A program made the translations under genes and the position numbers. Of a stretch of 62,277 nucleotides of DNA, positions 9,872 through 19,179 are shown in pieces (the stretch's first letter is position 1; each line of letters begins with the position of its first letter). The notes under the pieces were generated by a model. The model saw nothing but the letters and a program-made list of their open reading frames with translations. It searched no databases and was not told the DNA's origin. This DNA is from a virus. The stretch lies in the IMG/VR virus record IMGVR_UViG_3300020430_000009; one strand, written 5' to 3'.

Positions 9872-10001
9872 GTGCGAAGAATGTTCGAATACGACTTACG
9901 TTGAAAATGAAAGTAATGATTCTATAGAGTTCTGTCCAGTGTGTGGCAGAAGAGCAGAAGTAGAAGAAAGAAAAGCAGACTTTGACTGGCAAGAGGAATA
10001 A
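9852..10001 (+). CDS. small zinc-ribbon protein (49 aa, not in ORF track)
   Basis: MKQYIVECEECS...FCPVCGRR; SD upstream; TAATG-coupled to the next gene. Confidence 0.7.
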   Translation: MKQYIVECEECSNTTYVENESNDSIEFCPVCGRRAEVEERKADFDWQEE

Positions 10002-10639
10002 TGGCATATTTAGTACACCCACTACCACCTGAACAAATATTTGTTAGAAAAGAATATCTTTATGACTTACAAAGAGGTCATGGAGAATATACCCCAGGAA
10101 TCTGGATATCAGTAAAATCAACACAGTACAAAGCTCTTTACTTTGAAACTTTGTTAACAGAATACGGAGCACTTTATGATAAACTTCCTCTCTCGGCCTT
10201 CGTCTGGAAAACTGATCACGGCGATCTTCCTCTCGATGTTTTGCAGCTTTGGGATTGCTTTGATTATCATCTTACTGTAATAGAAAAACCGATCCTCGCA
10301 AGATGCGAATTCTTTGGTAAAGATAAAAACATGCACCCAGGCGAATACATGTTTACCATAGATAACGCTCATTCGGATCGATCTATTTTAGACATAAACT
10401 TTAGCGAAGATGATCCAGAACATAAAAGTTTTAATATCATAAAATTAGATAATGGTCAGTTCGCAGCTCAACCAAACAATAGAGTAATTTGGAGAGACTC
10501 GAGTCTTATTCCAGACAAACTATTGCAGCCTGATTTTAAGGTATGTACTCAAAACTATACAGTTGAAATTGAACCTAAATGGTCTGTAGGTCATACCGAC
10601 GAGTGGCAATATAAGACACGCGAAGAGGCTGATAAATAA
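10001..10639 (+). CDS. conserved marine phage hypothetical protein
   Basis: VRKEYLYD...LDNGQFAAQPNNR motifs. Confidence 0.7.
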   Translation: MAYLVHPLPPEQIFVRKEYLYDLQRGHGEYTPGIWISVKSTQYKALYFETLLTEYGALYDKLPLSAFVWKTDHGDLPLDVLQLWDCFDYHLTVIEKPILARCEFFGKDKNMHPGEYMFTIDNAHSDRSILDINFSEDDPEHKSFNIIKLDNGQFAAQPNNRVIWRDSSLIPDKLLQPDFKVCTQNYTVEIEPKWSVGHTDEWQYKTREEADK

Positions 10640-10643
10640 ATGC

Positions 10644-11045
10644 ATGTGGTATTATAATAATGAACCTTTTGAGTCTGCACCAGAAGAATACCAAGGATTT
10701 GTCTACATCATCACAGAATTGGATACGAACAAAAAGTATCTCGGTAAAAAGAACTTCTGGCGGCCGAAGGTATTACCAAAAAATTCAAAGAGATCTAGAA
10801 GGGTACGCACCAGAGTGGAATCCGATTGGAGAATATACTTTGGCTCGAATAAAGAACTACGGTGTCTCGTTGAAGAGCGAGGAGAAACAAACTACAGAAG
10901 AGAAATCATCAAGCTCTGTAGAACAAAAGGAGAAATGTCTTACTTTGAAGCAAAAGCTCAGTTCGATAATGACGTCCTTTTTTCAGATGAATGGTACAAC
11001 GAATTCATAGGTTGTAAAATACATTCCCGACATTTAAAAAAATAA
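10644..11045 (+). CDS. GIY-YIG-like nuclease
   Basis: GFVYIIT...KYLGKK motif, conserved E and YN. Confidence 0.65.
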   Translation: MWYYNNEPFESAPEEYQGFVYIITELDTNKKYLGKKNFWRPKVLPKNSKRSRRVRTRVESDWRIYFGSNKELRCLVEERGETNYRREIIKLCRTKGEMSYFEAKAQFDNDVLFSDEWYNEFIGCKIHSRHLKK

Positions 11046-11047
11046 AA

Positions 11048-11098
11048 TCACCTCAAAGTGATTTTTTTGTTTACAAACACTAATTTTTAGTATATAAT
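11048..11098 (+). promoter_or_regulatory. sigma70-type promoter with upstream TCAC-N6-GTGA palindrome
   Basis: TCACCTCAAAGTGA (11048-11061); TTTACA (11070)-17 bp-TATAAT (11093). Confidence 0.75.
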
Positions 11099-11131
11099 AA
11101 TTATATACAATTGAAAAGGAGTAGTTTTGTT

Positions 11132-11440
11132 ATGGGTATATTTATTGGAAAGCACGGCAGATCTGACAGTTTTGTTGGAAGATTTGATCCTACCAATCCT
11201 TCAGATATAAGAGAATACGAATTAGTAAAAGCTGTCGTACGATCGGTTAATTCTAGTAGTAAAAGAAAATTCAGAGTTTGCAAAAGAGGAAGAAAACCAA
11301 TATATGGATATGTGTGGGGCGGTAATCCTAAAGGTGGAATAAAGAATGCTAAACTTTGGGATGTTTATATCTACAAAAAATCTTTACCATATAACGTTGA
11401 GATGCAACTAAATATAATTTCAAACTATCCAGAGGAATAA
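11132..11440 (+). CDS. hypothetical early protein
   Basis: SD aaggag upstream of ATG 11132. Confidence 0.6.
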   Translation: MGIFIGKHGRSDSFVGRFDPTNPSDIREYELVKAVVRSVNSSSKRKFRVCKRGRKPIYGYVWGGNPKGGIKNAKLWDVYIYKKSLPYNVEMQLNIISNYPEE

Positions 11441-11442
11441 TC

Positions 11443-12297
11443 ATGATCATTATGGATTACAGCGGCATTGCATTGGCAAGCATTATTATCAATAAGACGT
11501 TTGAAGAATCTCTCATCCGTCATATGATACTCAATTCTATTAGAATGTATCGGTCTCGATATCTTGAAGAATACGGCGAGATAGTACTGGCTTGTGATGG
11601 TCCTAACAACTGGCGTAGGTCAGCTTTTCCACAGTACAAAGCTAATAGAAAAAAAGGTAGGGACGAATCTACTTTTGATTGGAACGAAGCTTTTAGAATC
11701 TTACACCTTGTAAGAGAAGAAATCAAAGAAAACTTTCCGTACAAAGTCATTCACATAGATCAATGTGAAGCCGATGATATTATTGGTACACTAGTTAATC
11801 TTAAATCAGATGTGCCGATTGCACCGGAACCAGTCATGATTGTTTCATCAGATCGAGACTTCGTTCAATTACAAAAGTTTCCAAACGTAAAACAGTATTC
11901 TCCTATCTTGAAAAAAGAGGTTGTTGAATCTAATCCTAGATTGTTCTTACAAACTCATATTATCAAAGGTGATAAAGGAGATGGTGTACCAAATATCTTA
12001 TCAGAAGATAATGTATTTGTCGAAGGCTTTAGGCAAACTCCTATGTCTAAAAAGAAGATAGATAATATTATTGAAGATTTAGACGATGGAGAATTGCTGT
12101 ACGCAGCTTCTTGGTATAGGAACTATTGTAGAAATAAAAAATTGATAGATCTTACCGAAACTCCTAGCGATCTAAAACGTCAGATTATAAATAGTTTTGA
12201 GGAACAAGATCCATGGTCAAACAAAGGTAACGTGTTTCCATATCTAGTTTCAAAAAATTGTAATGAATTGATAAAAAGTGTACAGGAGTTTGTATGA
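11443..12297 (+). CDS. rnh: T4-type RNase H / 5'-3' exonuclease
   Basis: YKANR, EADDIIG, SSDRDFVQL and GDKGDGVPNI motifs. Confidence 0.9.
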   Translation: MIIMDYSGIALASIIINKTFEESLIRHMILNSIRMYRSRYLEEYGEIVLACDGPNNWRRSAFPQYKANRKKGRDESTFDWNEAFRILHLVREEIKENFPYKVIHIDQCEADDIIGTLVNLKSDVPIAPEPVMIVSSDRDFVQLQKFPNVKQYSPILKKEVVESNPRLFLQTHIIKGDKGDGVPNILSEDNVFVEGFRQTPMSKKKIDNIIEDLDDGELLYAASWYRNYCRNKKLIDLTETPSDLKRQIINSFEEQDPWSNKGNVFPYLVSKNCNELIKSVQEFV

Positions 12298-12713
12298 TGA
12301 AACAGTATGTTTTTGAAGTTATCGAAGAAGCTGCTAAGCAGCGAAATCGAGATGGTAAAGTAAAAGTCTTAAAACAAAATGAGTCTTGGGCATTGAAGGA
12401 TATTATACGAGGTTCAATGGATTCTAAAGTAGAATGGAACCTACCTGAAGGTTCCCCACCATATCAAGCATCCGCAGCTCATAACCACCCTACAAATCTT
12501 CTAAGAGAAAATACTAAATTTAAGTATTTAGTTAAAGGTGGTCCTGGGGATAAAATGCCAAAATATAAAAGAGAACAAATTTTTATAGGCATGCTTGAAG
12601 GTGTACATCCTGAAGATGCTAAGCTTGTCGTCTCGATGGTTAACAAGAAAAAAATAACAGGCATCACACGCCCGGTTGTAGAGGAGGCTTTTCCAGGGTT
12701 GCTTAAAGACTGA
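12294..12713 (+). CDS. conserved T4-like protein (DUF6433-like)
   Basis: WNLPEGSPPY...KREQIFIGMLEGVHPEDA; usual position after rnh. Confidence 0.65.
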   Translation: MMKQYVFEVIEEAAKQRNRDGKVKVLKQNESWALKDIIRGSMDSKVEWNLPEGSPPYQASAAHNHPTNLLRENTKFKYLVKGGPGDKMPKYKREQIFIGMLEGVHPEDAKLVVSMVNKKKITGITRPVVEEAFPGLLKD

Positions 12714-12736
12714 CTCTATTTCCAGAAAGGACAAGA

Positions 12737-12913
12737 ATGGTACTTGCACAACTTGAAAGATTACAAAAAGATTCCAGCGATTTAGAACTTTACGCTCTTA
12801 AACTTAAAAAGAGAGGAAGAATACAACAAATGGAAAACATCTTAAGAAAAAGAGATTATGTAAGGGAAAAAATCAAGTTGATAAAAAGTCCGGAGGTTCA
12901 ATATTCTACTTAG
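12737..12913 (+). CDS. small hypothetical protein (58 aa, not in ORF track)
   Basis: SD aagga; MVLAQLERLQKD... Confidence 0.6.
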   Translation: MVLAQLERLQKDSSDLELYALKLKKRGRIQQMENILRKRDYVREKIKLIKSPEVQYST

Positions 12914-12928
12914 TTAAAAAAATAAACG

Positions 12929-12957
12929 TTTACAATTATTGAATAATATGATACTAT
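12929..12957 (+). promoter_or_regulatory. sigma70-type promoter
   Basis: TTTACA-17 bp-TACTAT with TG extended -10. Confidence 0.6.
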
Positions 12958-12979
12958 ATAATGATAATAAGGAATTGAT

Positions 12980-13552
12980 ATGAATATTTTTATACTTCAT
13001 GAAGATCCAGTCGTTGCGGCTCAGATGCTTTGTGACAGACACGTTCCTAAAATGATCGTAGAGTCTGCGCAAATGTTAAGCACGGCGCATAGGCTACTAG
13101 ATGGTGTACCCGAAAAAAGACCGTCAAAGTCAGGAAAGACTATACAAACTTACTACGCGTTTGGAGACGAACGCGATAAATTGTATTATGCTGCTGTTCA
13201 TAAGCATCATCCTTGTACCACATGGACTATGGAATCTTCTCAAAATTACAAATGGCATTATAAACATTTTTACGCCATGGGCCAAGAGTTTACTTATCGA
13301 AGAGAAAAGTCACATAAGACTATTGAATTGCTAGGTAAGTTGTTATCTAAAATTCCAGAAAATATACCACATGGTCCACTTACTCCGTTCGCTCAAGCAA
13401 TGTCACACTATCCTATGTGCAAGGTTGATGGCGATGCGGTAAAAGCATATCGTAATTATTATCACGTGGCTAAAGATTTTGCTGTTTGGGAATGGAAAAG
13501 ACCAGCGCCTAGCTGGTGGGAGGGATATAAAGGTGCCAGTTTATACAGTTAG
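12980..13552 (+). CDS. pyrimidine dimer DNA glycosylase (DenV / Pyr_excise-like)
   Basis: MNIFIL...DRHVPKMIVESAQMLSTAH and HPCTTW motifs. Confidence 0.75.
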   Translation: MNIFILHEDPVVAAQMLCDRHVPKMIVESAQMLSTAHRLLDGVPEKRPSKSGKTIQTYYAFGDERDKLYYAAVHKHHPCTTWTMESSQNYKWHYKHFYAMGQEFTYRREKSHKTIELLGKLLSKIPENIPHGPLTPFAQAMSHYPMCKVDGDAVKAYRNYYHVAKDFAVWEWKRPAPSWWEGYKGASLYS

Positions 13553-13763
13553 AAGAAAAGATGGAGAAGAAGAATGGGATATAATGTGTTCTCACGAAGA
13601 AGCAAAACAAACATGTGAAGAATACGGTCTTGTCATTGTTCCTAAATTTCCTGCTATAGTCTCTGGTACAGGAAGCTTAATCTCTAAAACAGACGATGGA
13701 TGGAAAGAAAATCTTAAAAGAATAAAATCAGGAGCTGGAAAAGGTAATACTATAAAAGTATGA
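13533..13763 (+). CDS. FmdB-like small regulatory protein
   Basis: GTG start giving MPVYT...; DDGWKENLKRIK; usual position before phoH. Confidence 0.55.
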   Translation: MPVYTVRRKDGEEEWDIMCSHEEAKQTCEEYGLVIVPKFPAIVSGTGSLISKTDDGWKENLKRIKSGAGKGNTIKV

Positions 13764-14440
13764 GCAAGCAGTCTGTAAAATTTGAAGATTTAATTGAGAT
13801 TGAACCTATAACTACAAATCAAGTTAAAGCATTTGATGCGTGGGCTGATGGAGACCATTTAGTTTTAGCTGGTTCTGCTGGAACTGGTAAAACTTTTATA
13901 GCGTTGTACTTAGCGCTACAATCAGTTTTAGAATCATATACTTCTTTTAATAAAGTGGTATTGGTTCGATCTGTAGTTCCAACTCGAGAAGTTGGATATT
14001 TACCCGGCGATATTGGGGAAAAGGTAGAACCTTTTGAAGCGCCATATAAAAATATATGCTTAGAATTATTTAGAGATACAAATTCTACTTATAACAAACT
14101 TATAAATAGTCATCAGATGGTATTTAATACCACATCTTTTATTCGTGGAATTACTATAGATAATGCCATAGTCGTAGTAGACGAAATGCAAAATCTTAAT
14201 TTTCACGAGTTAGATTCTATAATAACTCGCGTAGGGCGTGATTGCAGAATAATCTTTTCTGGAGATTATCACCAGTCAGACTTTAAGGACTCTTATGAAA
14301 GAGATGGAATACAGAGATTCTTAAGAATAGTCGAGCAACTAAAGAACTTTAGTGTAATCACATTTGGATGGGACGATATTGTAAGATCTGATTTTTTAAG
14401 AGATTACATCATGACAAAAGAAATGTTAGGAGTAAAATGA
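13760..14440 (+). CDS. phoH: PhoH-family ATPase
   Basis: GSAGTGKT, GYLPG, FIRG, DEMQN and GDYHQSD motifs. Confidence 0.92.
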   Translation: MSKQSVKFEDLIEIEPITTNQVKAFDAWADGDHLVLAGSAGTGKTFIALYLALQSVLESYTSFNKVVLVRSVVPTREVGYLPGDIGEKVEPFEAPYKNICLELFRDTNSTYNKLINSHQMVFNTTSFIRGITIDNAIVVVDEMQNLNFHELDSIITRVGRDCRIIFSGDYHQSDFKDSYERDGIQRFLRIVEQLKNFSVITFGWDDIVRSDFLRDYIMTKEMLGVK

Positions 14441-14712
14441 TGACGGAATGGTTTTTTATAATAGTAACATTCGTTCTAGCCAATCCACTACAAGATTCTC
14501 GTCCACTGTATGTATTTACACAGCCACAATTTGAATCATTGGAACAGTGTATTGGTTACGTTGAACAAAATAAAAATAAAATCTTTTACATAGCTGCAGA
14601 TTCCTACAGGTTTCAGCAACAGCCTGAAACTATATACTGTACACCACAAAATGTATTAGGTGAAATGATTAGGGAAGGATACAAAATACAGCAAAATGAA
14701 AAGAGTATTTGA
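14437..14712 (+). CDS. hypothetical protein with signal-like N-terminus
   Basis: hydrophobic N-terminus, Cys pair. Confidence 0.55.
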   Translation: MMTEWFFIIVTFVLANPLQDSRPLYVFTQPQFESLEQCIGYVEQNKNKIFYIAADSYRFQQQPETIYCTPQNVLGEMIREGYKIQQNEKSI

Positions 14713-15373
14713 GCATGAAAAAATTGATGTTGGATATAATGATTTGGACGCAGACACAACCGATACTGGTAGGACATACACTGCTCCTGATGGTTCTTCT
14801 TATCCTAGCATTACCACTGTTCTTGGAGTATTAAGTGAAGACGCAATACGTGCATGGCGAGAAAGAGTTGGCGAAGACGAAGCTAATAAGATTAGCGGCA
14901 GAGCTAGTAATCGCGGTACTCGTGTACATAGCATTGTCGAGCGGTATTTAAAGAATGAAGATACAACAGACAATCTCCCTCATATTAGGCAAAGTCTTGA
15001 AAACTTGCGGCCAATTCTTGATAAATCTATCGGGAAAATCTTTGGCCTCGAAGTTGCTCTTTATAGTAATCATCTTGGTGTTGCTGGTCGTTGCGATTGC
15101 ATAGCCGAGTTTGATGGAGTACCTTCAATAGTAGATTTTAAGACATCTAAAAGAATTAAAAAGAAAAACAAGATACACAGCTATTTCGCTCAAGCAGCAG
15201 CATATGCTATAATGTTTGAAGAGCGAACCGGAATGGCCATACCTAACTTGGTCATAGTCATGGATGTAGACCATGAAAAGCCCTTGGTGTTCAGAGAACA
15301 TCGAGATAATTGGATAAAACTTTTAACGGAGACAATAGATGAGTATCGCAGAAGAAAGATGTTCGGACACTAA
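14696..15373 (+). CDS. PD-(D/E)XK exonuclease (Cas4-like fold, T4-like)
   Basis: YPSITTVL, RGTRVH, AGRCDC...DFKTS and Q..AYA motifs. Confidence 0.85.
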   Translation: MKRVFEHEKIDVGYNDLDADTTDTGRTYTAPDGSSYPSITTVLGVLSEDAIRAWRERVGEDEANKISGRASNRGTRVHSIVERYLKNEDTTDNLPHIRQSLENLRPILDKSIGKIFGLEVALYSNHLGVAGRCDCIAEFDGVPSIVDFKTSKRIKKKNKIHSYFAQAAAYAIMFEERTGMAIPNLVIVMDVDHEKPLVFREHRDNWIKLLTETIDEYRRRKMFGH

Positions 15374-15374
15374 T

Positions 15375-15602
15375 ATGGCTTTGACACAAGTCATTCAGTT
15401 AAGAAATGAATTTGAAGATCTAACGAGAGGGTATAATATGCCCGAAGGATCTAGTATAGATAATATTGAGTGGTTCATAGAAAATGGCCATAGGTCAAAT
15501 TCTCTTCGTAATGGATTTGCAGATGCAATGAAGATAGCGCGTAGAATTAAGGAGTACTATTATGGCAGCTCAAAAAAGACTAGAAAAAGGAAGCGTCTAT
15601 GA
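15375..15602 (+). CDS. hypothetical protein
   Basis: ATG immediately after the upstream stop. Confidence 0.55.
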   Translation: MALTQVIQLRNEFEDLTRGYNMPEGSSIDNIEWFIENGHRSNSLRNGFADAMKIARRIKEYYYGSSKKTRKRKRL

Positions 15603-15924
15603 AAAATATGATGTAGATGGTGACGGAGTCGTAAGTGATGAGGAGTTAGACGTGGAAAGAAGAATGATTGAACTTGAAGACCTCAGGTCTGACATGGAGA
15701 ATGAAGATAAAAAGCAAGACGCCCAAAGAAACATGGCTTGGTTTGCTCTTGGTGGCATGCTACTTTATCCTGCTTTTGTTATTACTGCAACATTATTTAA
15801 ACTTGATAATGCTGCAAAAATATTAGGAGACATGGCCGCAGTATACTTTGTATCGGTAGCGGCAATCGTGGCAGCATTTTATGGTAAAGAGGCAATCACC
15901 CAAAAGAAAGTAGATAAAAAATAA
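15562..15924 (+). CDS. membrane protein with EF-hand-like loop (holin-like topology)
   Basis: DVDGDGVVSDEE followed by two transmembrane helices. Confidence 0.55.
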   Translation: MAAQKRLEKGSVYEKYDVDGDGVVSDEELDVERRMIELEDLRSDMENEDKKQDAQRNMAWFALGGMLLYPAFVITATLFKLDNAAKILGDMAAVYFVSVAAIVAAFYGKEAITQKKVDKK

Positions 15925-16499
15925 TGAAACTACATCAGTATGAAAATTATGATGAATATGTAAAGGAGCAGACTCAGGCTAACGTAGCTAAGTTAAAAAA
16001 CGTTTGGGTAAGAGAAAACGCTATTCAAAAAGTAGTGTCTTACAAACCTTTTGCTGCTAGCATATTGTGCCATGGAACTAGAAACGGTAAGGAACTCGAA
16101 TATTTTAAAAAGTTCTTACCTCATGCCGAAGTCGTTGGAACTGAAATATCTCATACAGCTACTCAGTTTAAGAACACGGTTCAACACGACTTCCATGAGG
16201 TTAGAGAAGATTTTATTGGTAAGTTTGATATAGTGTATTCAAATTCTTTTGATCATGCTTACGATCCGGATAAAGCTATATTAGCTTGGAAAGATCAGCT
16301 TACGTCAGAAGGTGTTTTAGTTATAGAACTTATGACAGGAGTTGAGAACGTATCTAGGCCAGTAGATCCACTTGAAATTAATTACGAAGAATTTAAAGAA
16401 CTTGCAGAAAAAAATGGATTGAGAATCTTTGAAAAAAATATCATGCAAAGACAGATGTCCGGCGCAAAGAACAGTATCATGGTGGCTTTAAAAAAATGA
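15924..16499 (+). CDS. class I SAM-dependent methyltransferase
   Basis: LCHGTRNG motif I, VGTEIS, FDIVYSNSFDH. Confidence 0.7.
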   Translation: MKLHQYENYDEYVKEQTQANVAKLKNVWVRENAIQKVVSYKPFAASILCHGTRNGKELEYFKKFLPHAEVVGTEISHTATQFKNTVQHDFHEVREDFIGKFDIVYSNSFDHAYDPDKAILAWKDQLTSEGVLVIELMTGVENVSRPVDPLEINYEEFKELAEKNGLRIFEKNIMQRQMSGAKNSIMVALKK

Positions 16500-17326
16500 C
16501 TAAAAGGTTAATATATCAGGTGTACACTGGCAAAAGATCTAAACTTTACGATCATTGCACAGCTTCTGTTAAAGCATATGCTGAAGACATTAACGAGAAA
16601 GAATCTCCTAACAATAGAGTTGACTATATAATTCAAACTCAACCAATCATGAAGATTAAACCTGACGTATTTGCCACAAATAGAAGTAAAGAATCTTATG
16701 AAAAGTATGGAGGATTCTTACCGATATATGAAAAAGAAAATGCATTTAATTATTGGGATCGTTATGATCAGATAGCTATCATAGATGCTGACGTTTGGGT
16801 AAGGCCAGGGACTGAAAATATATTTGACGTTATGAATCATGAAACGGAATTTGCTGGAATGGCAGAGAGAACAGCTCCAATTTTGCCATGGTATAAAGAA
16901 AAACTGATAGGTTATACTAGAATGCAATATTCTTCTTTAACGGATGTTGATTGGCGATGGAACGAATCCGGTGCTCATTTTTATAATATGGGCGTGATGC
17001 TACTAAACAGGCATATAGTTCAGTATTTAAAAGGTAAAAGTAAAAGATACGAAACTGGTAGAGAATTTATTGAAAGACCAGAGTTTAAAAGATTTGTTGA
17101 TGGACTTGGAGCTTGGAAGTGGAGTACGGATCAAACACTTTTAAATTACTGGGTCAAAAAAGAAAAAATGGAACAACAAGAATTAAGTTGGAAATGGAAT
17201 GCACTATATACTGCGATCTCTAATGAAGACGCTAAGAAAGCTTACTTCGTACATTTCTTTCTTAAAGACAAATTGCCTAACAGAGGCGAAGACGTAGAAA
17301 AGCTTATGGAGGACGTAAATGAATAG
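16496..17326 (+). CDS. GT-A fold glycosyltransferase (GT8-like)
   Basis: IIDADVW DxD, YNMGVMLL, DQTLLN, WNAL and FVHF motifs. Confidence 0.75.
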   Translation: MTKRLIYQVYTGKRSKLYDHCTASVKAYAEDINEKESPNNRVDYIIQTQPIMKIKPDVFATNRSKESYEKYGGFLPIYEKENAFNYWDRYDQIAIIDADVWVRPGTENIFDVMNHETEFAGMAERTAPILPWYKEKLIGYTRMQYSSLTDVDWRWNESGAHFYNMGVMLLNRHIVQYLKGKSKRYETGREFIERPEFKRFVDGLGAWKWSTDQTLLNYWVKKEKMEQQELSWKWNALYTAISNEDAKKAYFVHFFLKDKLPNRGEDVEKLMEDVNE

Positions 17327-18398
17327 GTACCATGTAACATATGAGGTTGATGGTCCAGACATACCAAAGATTGCTCATGAAATAGCTATTGGCCAAAGTA
17401 TTGGTAATCCAAATATTAGATCTGAAATAGAAAATTCAGATAATATTAAAGAAATGGCGGCTGAAATCGTAAGCATTGATGGCAATGAGGTTGTGATTTC
17501 ATTTCCTAATAAAGCATTTAATTGGCCAAACATCAATCAACTTATGTGTATTATTATGGGTGGACATACTGATATCATGGGAGTCGATAGATGTAGAGTC
17601 TTAGATATCAGTATTGAAGTTCCAGTTAAGGAGCCAGTGCTAGGAATGTCAGGCTTGAAAAAAAGAACTGGTGCTGAGGAAAGGCCACTATTTGGGGCTA
17701 TCGTAAAACCAAAGTCAGGACTTACAAAAGATCAGCTTACTGAAATAGTAAAACAAATGATGGACGGTGGAGCTGATTTTATTAAAGAAGATGAAATCAT
17801 GGCAGATAATTCATACCTGCCACTTCATGAAAGAGTGGAAGTAATTGAAACACTTAAAACAACTTGTGACTGGAAAGGATTCTACGCTTATTGTATAAAC
17901 GCAGATCCGTTAGATCTTATTGCTAACTTAAAGATAATTGATTATCATACAGGTCTAAAAGAAAATGTAATGGGAGGTGTTCATATCAACTTTTGGTCTG
18001 GCCTAGGTGCATATACCTCTGCTAGAGATATGAGTATTCCATGTCACTATCAAAGATCTGGAATTAGAATTTTAACAGATCCGAGTAATAAATACTCGAT
18101 AGCTTGGCCGGTTTTGGCTAAGTTAGGCTGTATGGCTGGAGTAGATAGTATGCACGTAGGAATGTTAGGTGGATATTATCCTGAAGGCGAGAGCGAGGAA
18201 GAAACTCTTAGGGCGATTGACATATGCAAACAACACAATACAATCCCATCGCTAAGTTGTGGAATGAATCCCGTACTCGCTCAAGAAATACGAGAGAGAA
18301 TTGGTAATGACTTTATGGCTTCAATAGGAGGCTGGCTCCATACTGGAGAAACTATATACGAAAAAGTATATGAGATGAGAAGAAGTCTTGATTCATAA
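17319..18398 (+). CDS. RuBisCO-like protein (form IV RLP)
   Basis: GAIVKPKSGL, GGADFIKEDE, AGVDSMHVG, PSLSCG and IGGWLH align with the RuBisCO large-subunit motifs; His294 and Lys334 equivalents appear absent. Confidence 0.88.
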   Translation: MNRYHVTYEVDGPDIPKIAHEIAIGQSIGNPNIRSEIENSDNIKEMAAEIVSIDGNEVVISFPNKAFNWPNINQLMCIIMGGHTDIMGVDRCRVLDISIEVPVKEPVLGMSGLKKRTGAEERPLFGAIVKPKSGLTKDQLTEIVKQMMDGGADFIKEDEIMADNSYLPLHERVEVIETLKTTCDWKGFYAYCINADPLDLIANLKIIDYHTGLKENVMGGVHINFWSGLGAYTSARDMSIPCHYQRSGIRILTDPSNKYSIAWPVLAKLGCMAGVDSMHVGMLGGYYPEGESEEETLRAIDICKQHNTIPSLSCGMNPVLAQEIRERIGNDFMASIGGWLHTGETIYEKVYEMRRSLDS

Positions 18399-18441
18399 TC
18401 CTATACAACGTGATGATTTAATTGAAGTGAAAGGTAAGACT

Positions 18442-19179
18442 ATGAGTTTAAAACTAATTATGCCAATGGCCGGCAATGGTCAAAGATTCTTCGACGCAGG
18501 CTACAATAGGCCAAAACCCTTGATTGATATTAAGGGTAAGCCGATGTTTAAAAGAGTAATCGATAATCTTGGAATGGACGTTGATCCTGTTTGTATAGTA
18601 CGGCAAGATCATGTAACTGACTACGAGATAGATAAGAGAATTATCGAGCATCAGCCGAATGCTAAGATAATTATTACCCCTGGACTAACTGAAGGTGCCG
18701 CATGTACGGTAAGACTAGCTACTAGTGTATTTAGTAACGAACCTATGATGGTCGCAAATTGTGATCAGCTTATGGTTTGGGACGACTTAGGATTTAACGG
18801 CTTGTGCGCTAGTGGAAAATTTGAAGGTGGAATTATTCCTACTTTTATTCCTAAGCATGAAGAGCCTATTCATAGTTATGTAAGAGTAAACGAAAATAAC
18901 GAAGTACTAGAACTAGCAGAAAAGAAACTAATATCTAATATAGCTACTGTTGGAGTTTACTACTTTGGTAGCGAATCTGGATGGTGCGCGGCTCATGCTA
19001 AGCAAATGGATAACGATGATAGAACTAATGGAGAGTTCTATCTCGCTCCAACTTATAATTATATTTCGTATCCAGTTGGAATATACCCTGTCGATCATAT
19101 GATCGGCATGGGTACACCAGAAGAACTAGATGCTTTAGTTGAAAGCGAATGGTTAGAAAGGCTAGACGAAATATCATGA
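18442..19179 (+). CDS. sugar-phosphate nucleotidyltransferase (BcbE-like / dTDP-Glc pyrophosphorylase-like)
   Basis: IMPMAGNGQRF...PKPLI, TEGAACT, NCDQ, ATVGVYYF, NGEFYLAP and GTPEEL motifs. Confidence 0.85.
   Translation: MSLKLIMPMAGNGQRFFDAGYNRPKPLIDIKGKPMFKRVIDNLGMDVDPVCIVRQDHVTDYEIDKRIIEHQPNAKIIITPGLTEGAACTVRLATSVFSNEPMMVANCDQLMVWDDLGFNGLCASGKFEGGIIPTFIPKHEEPIHSYVRVNENNEVLELAEKKLISNIATVGVYYFGSESGWCAAHAKQMDNDDRTNGEFYLAPTYNYISYPVGIYPVDHMIGMGTPEELDALVESEWLERLDEIS

Noticed and set aside
14696-15373. CRISPR-associated Cas4
   Set aside because: No array or other cas genes and no Fe-S Cys cluster; this is the usual T4-like exonuclease next to phoH.
17319-18398. Phage carbon-fixation gene (true rbcL)
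   Set aside because: His294 and Lys334 equivalents are missing, the protein is short, and there is no rbcS or prk; the context is glycan synthesis.
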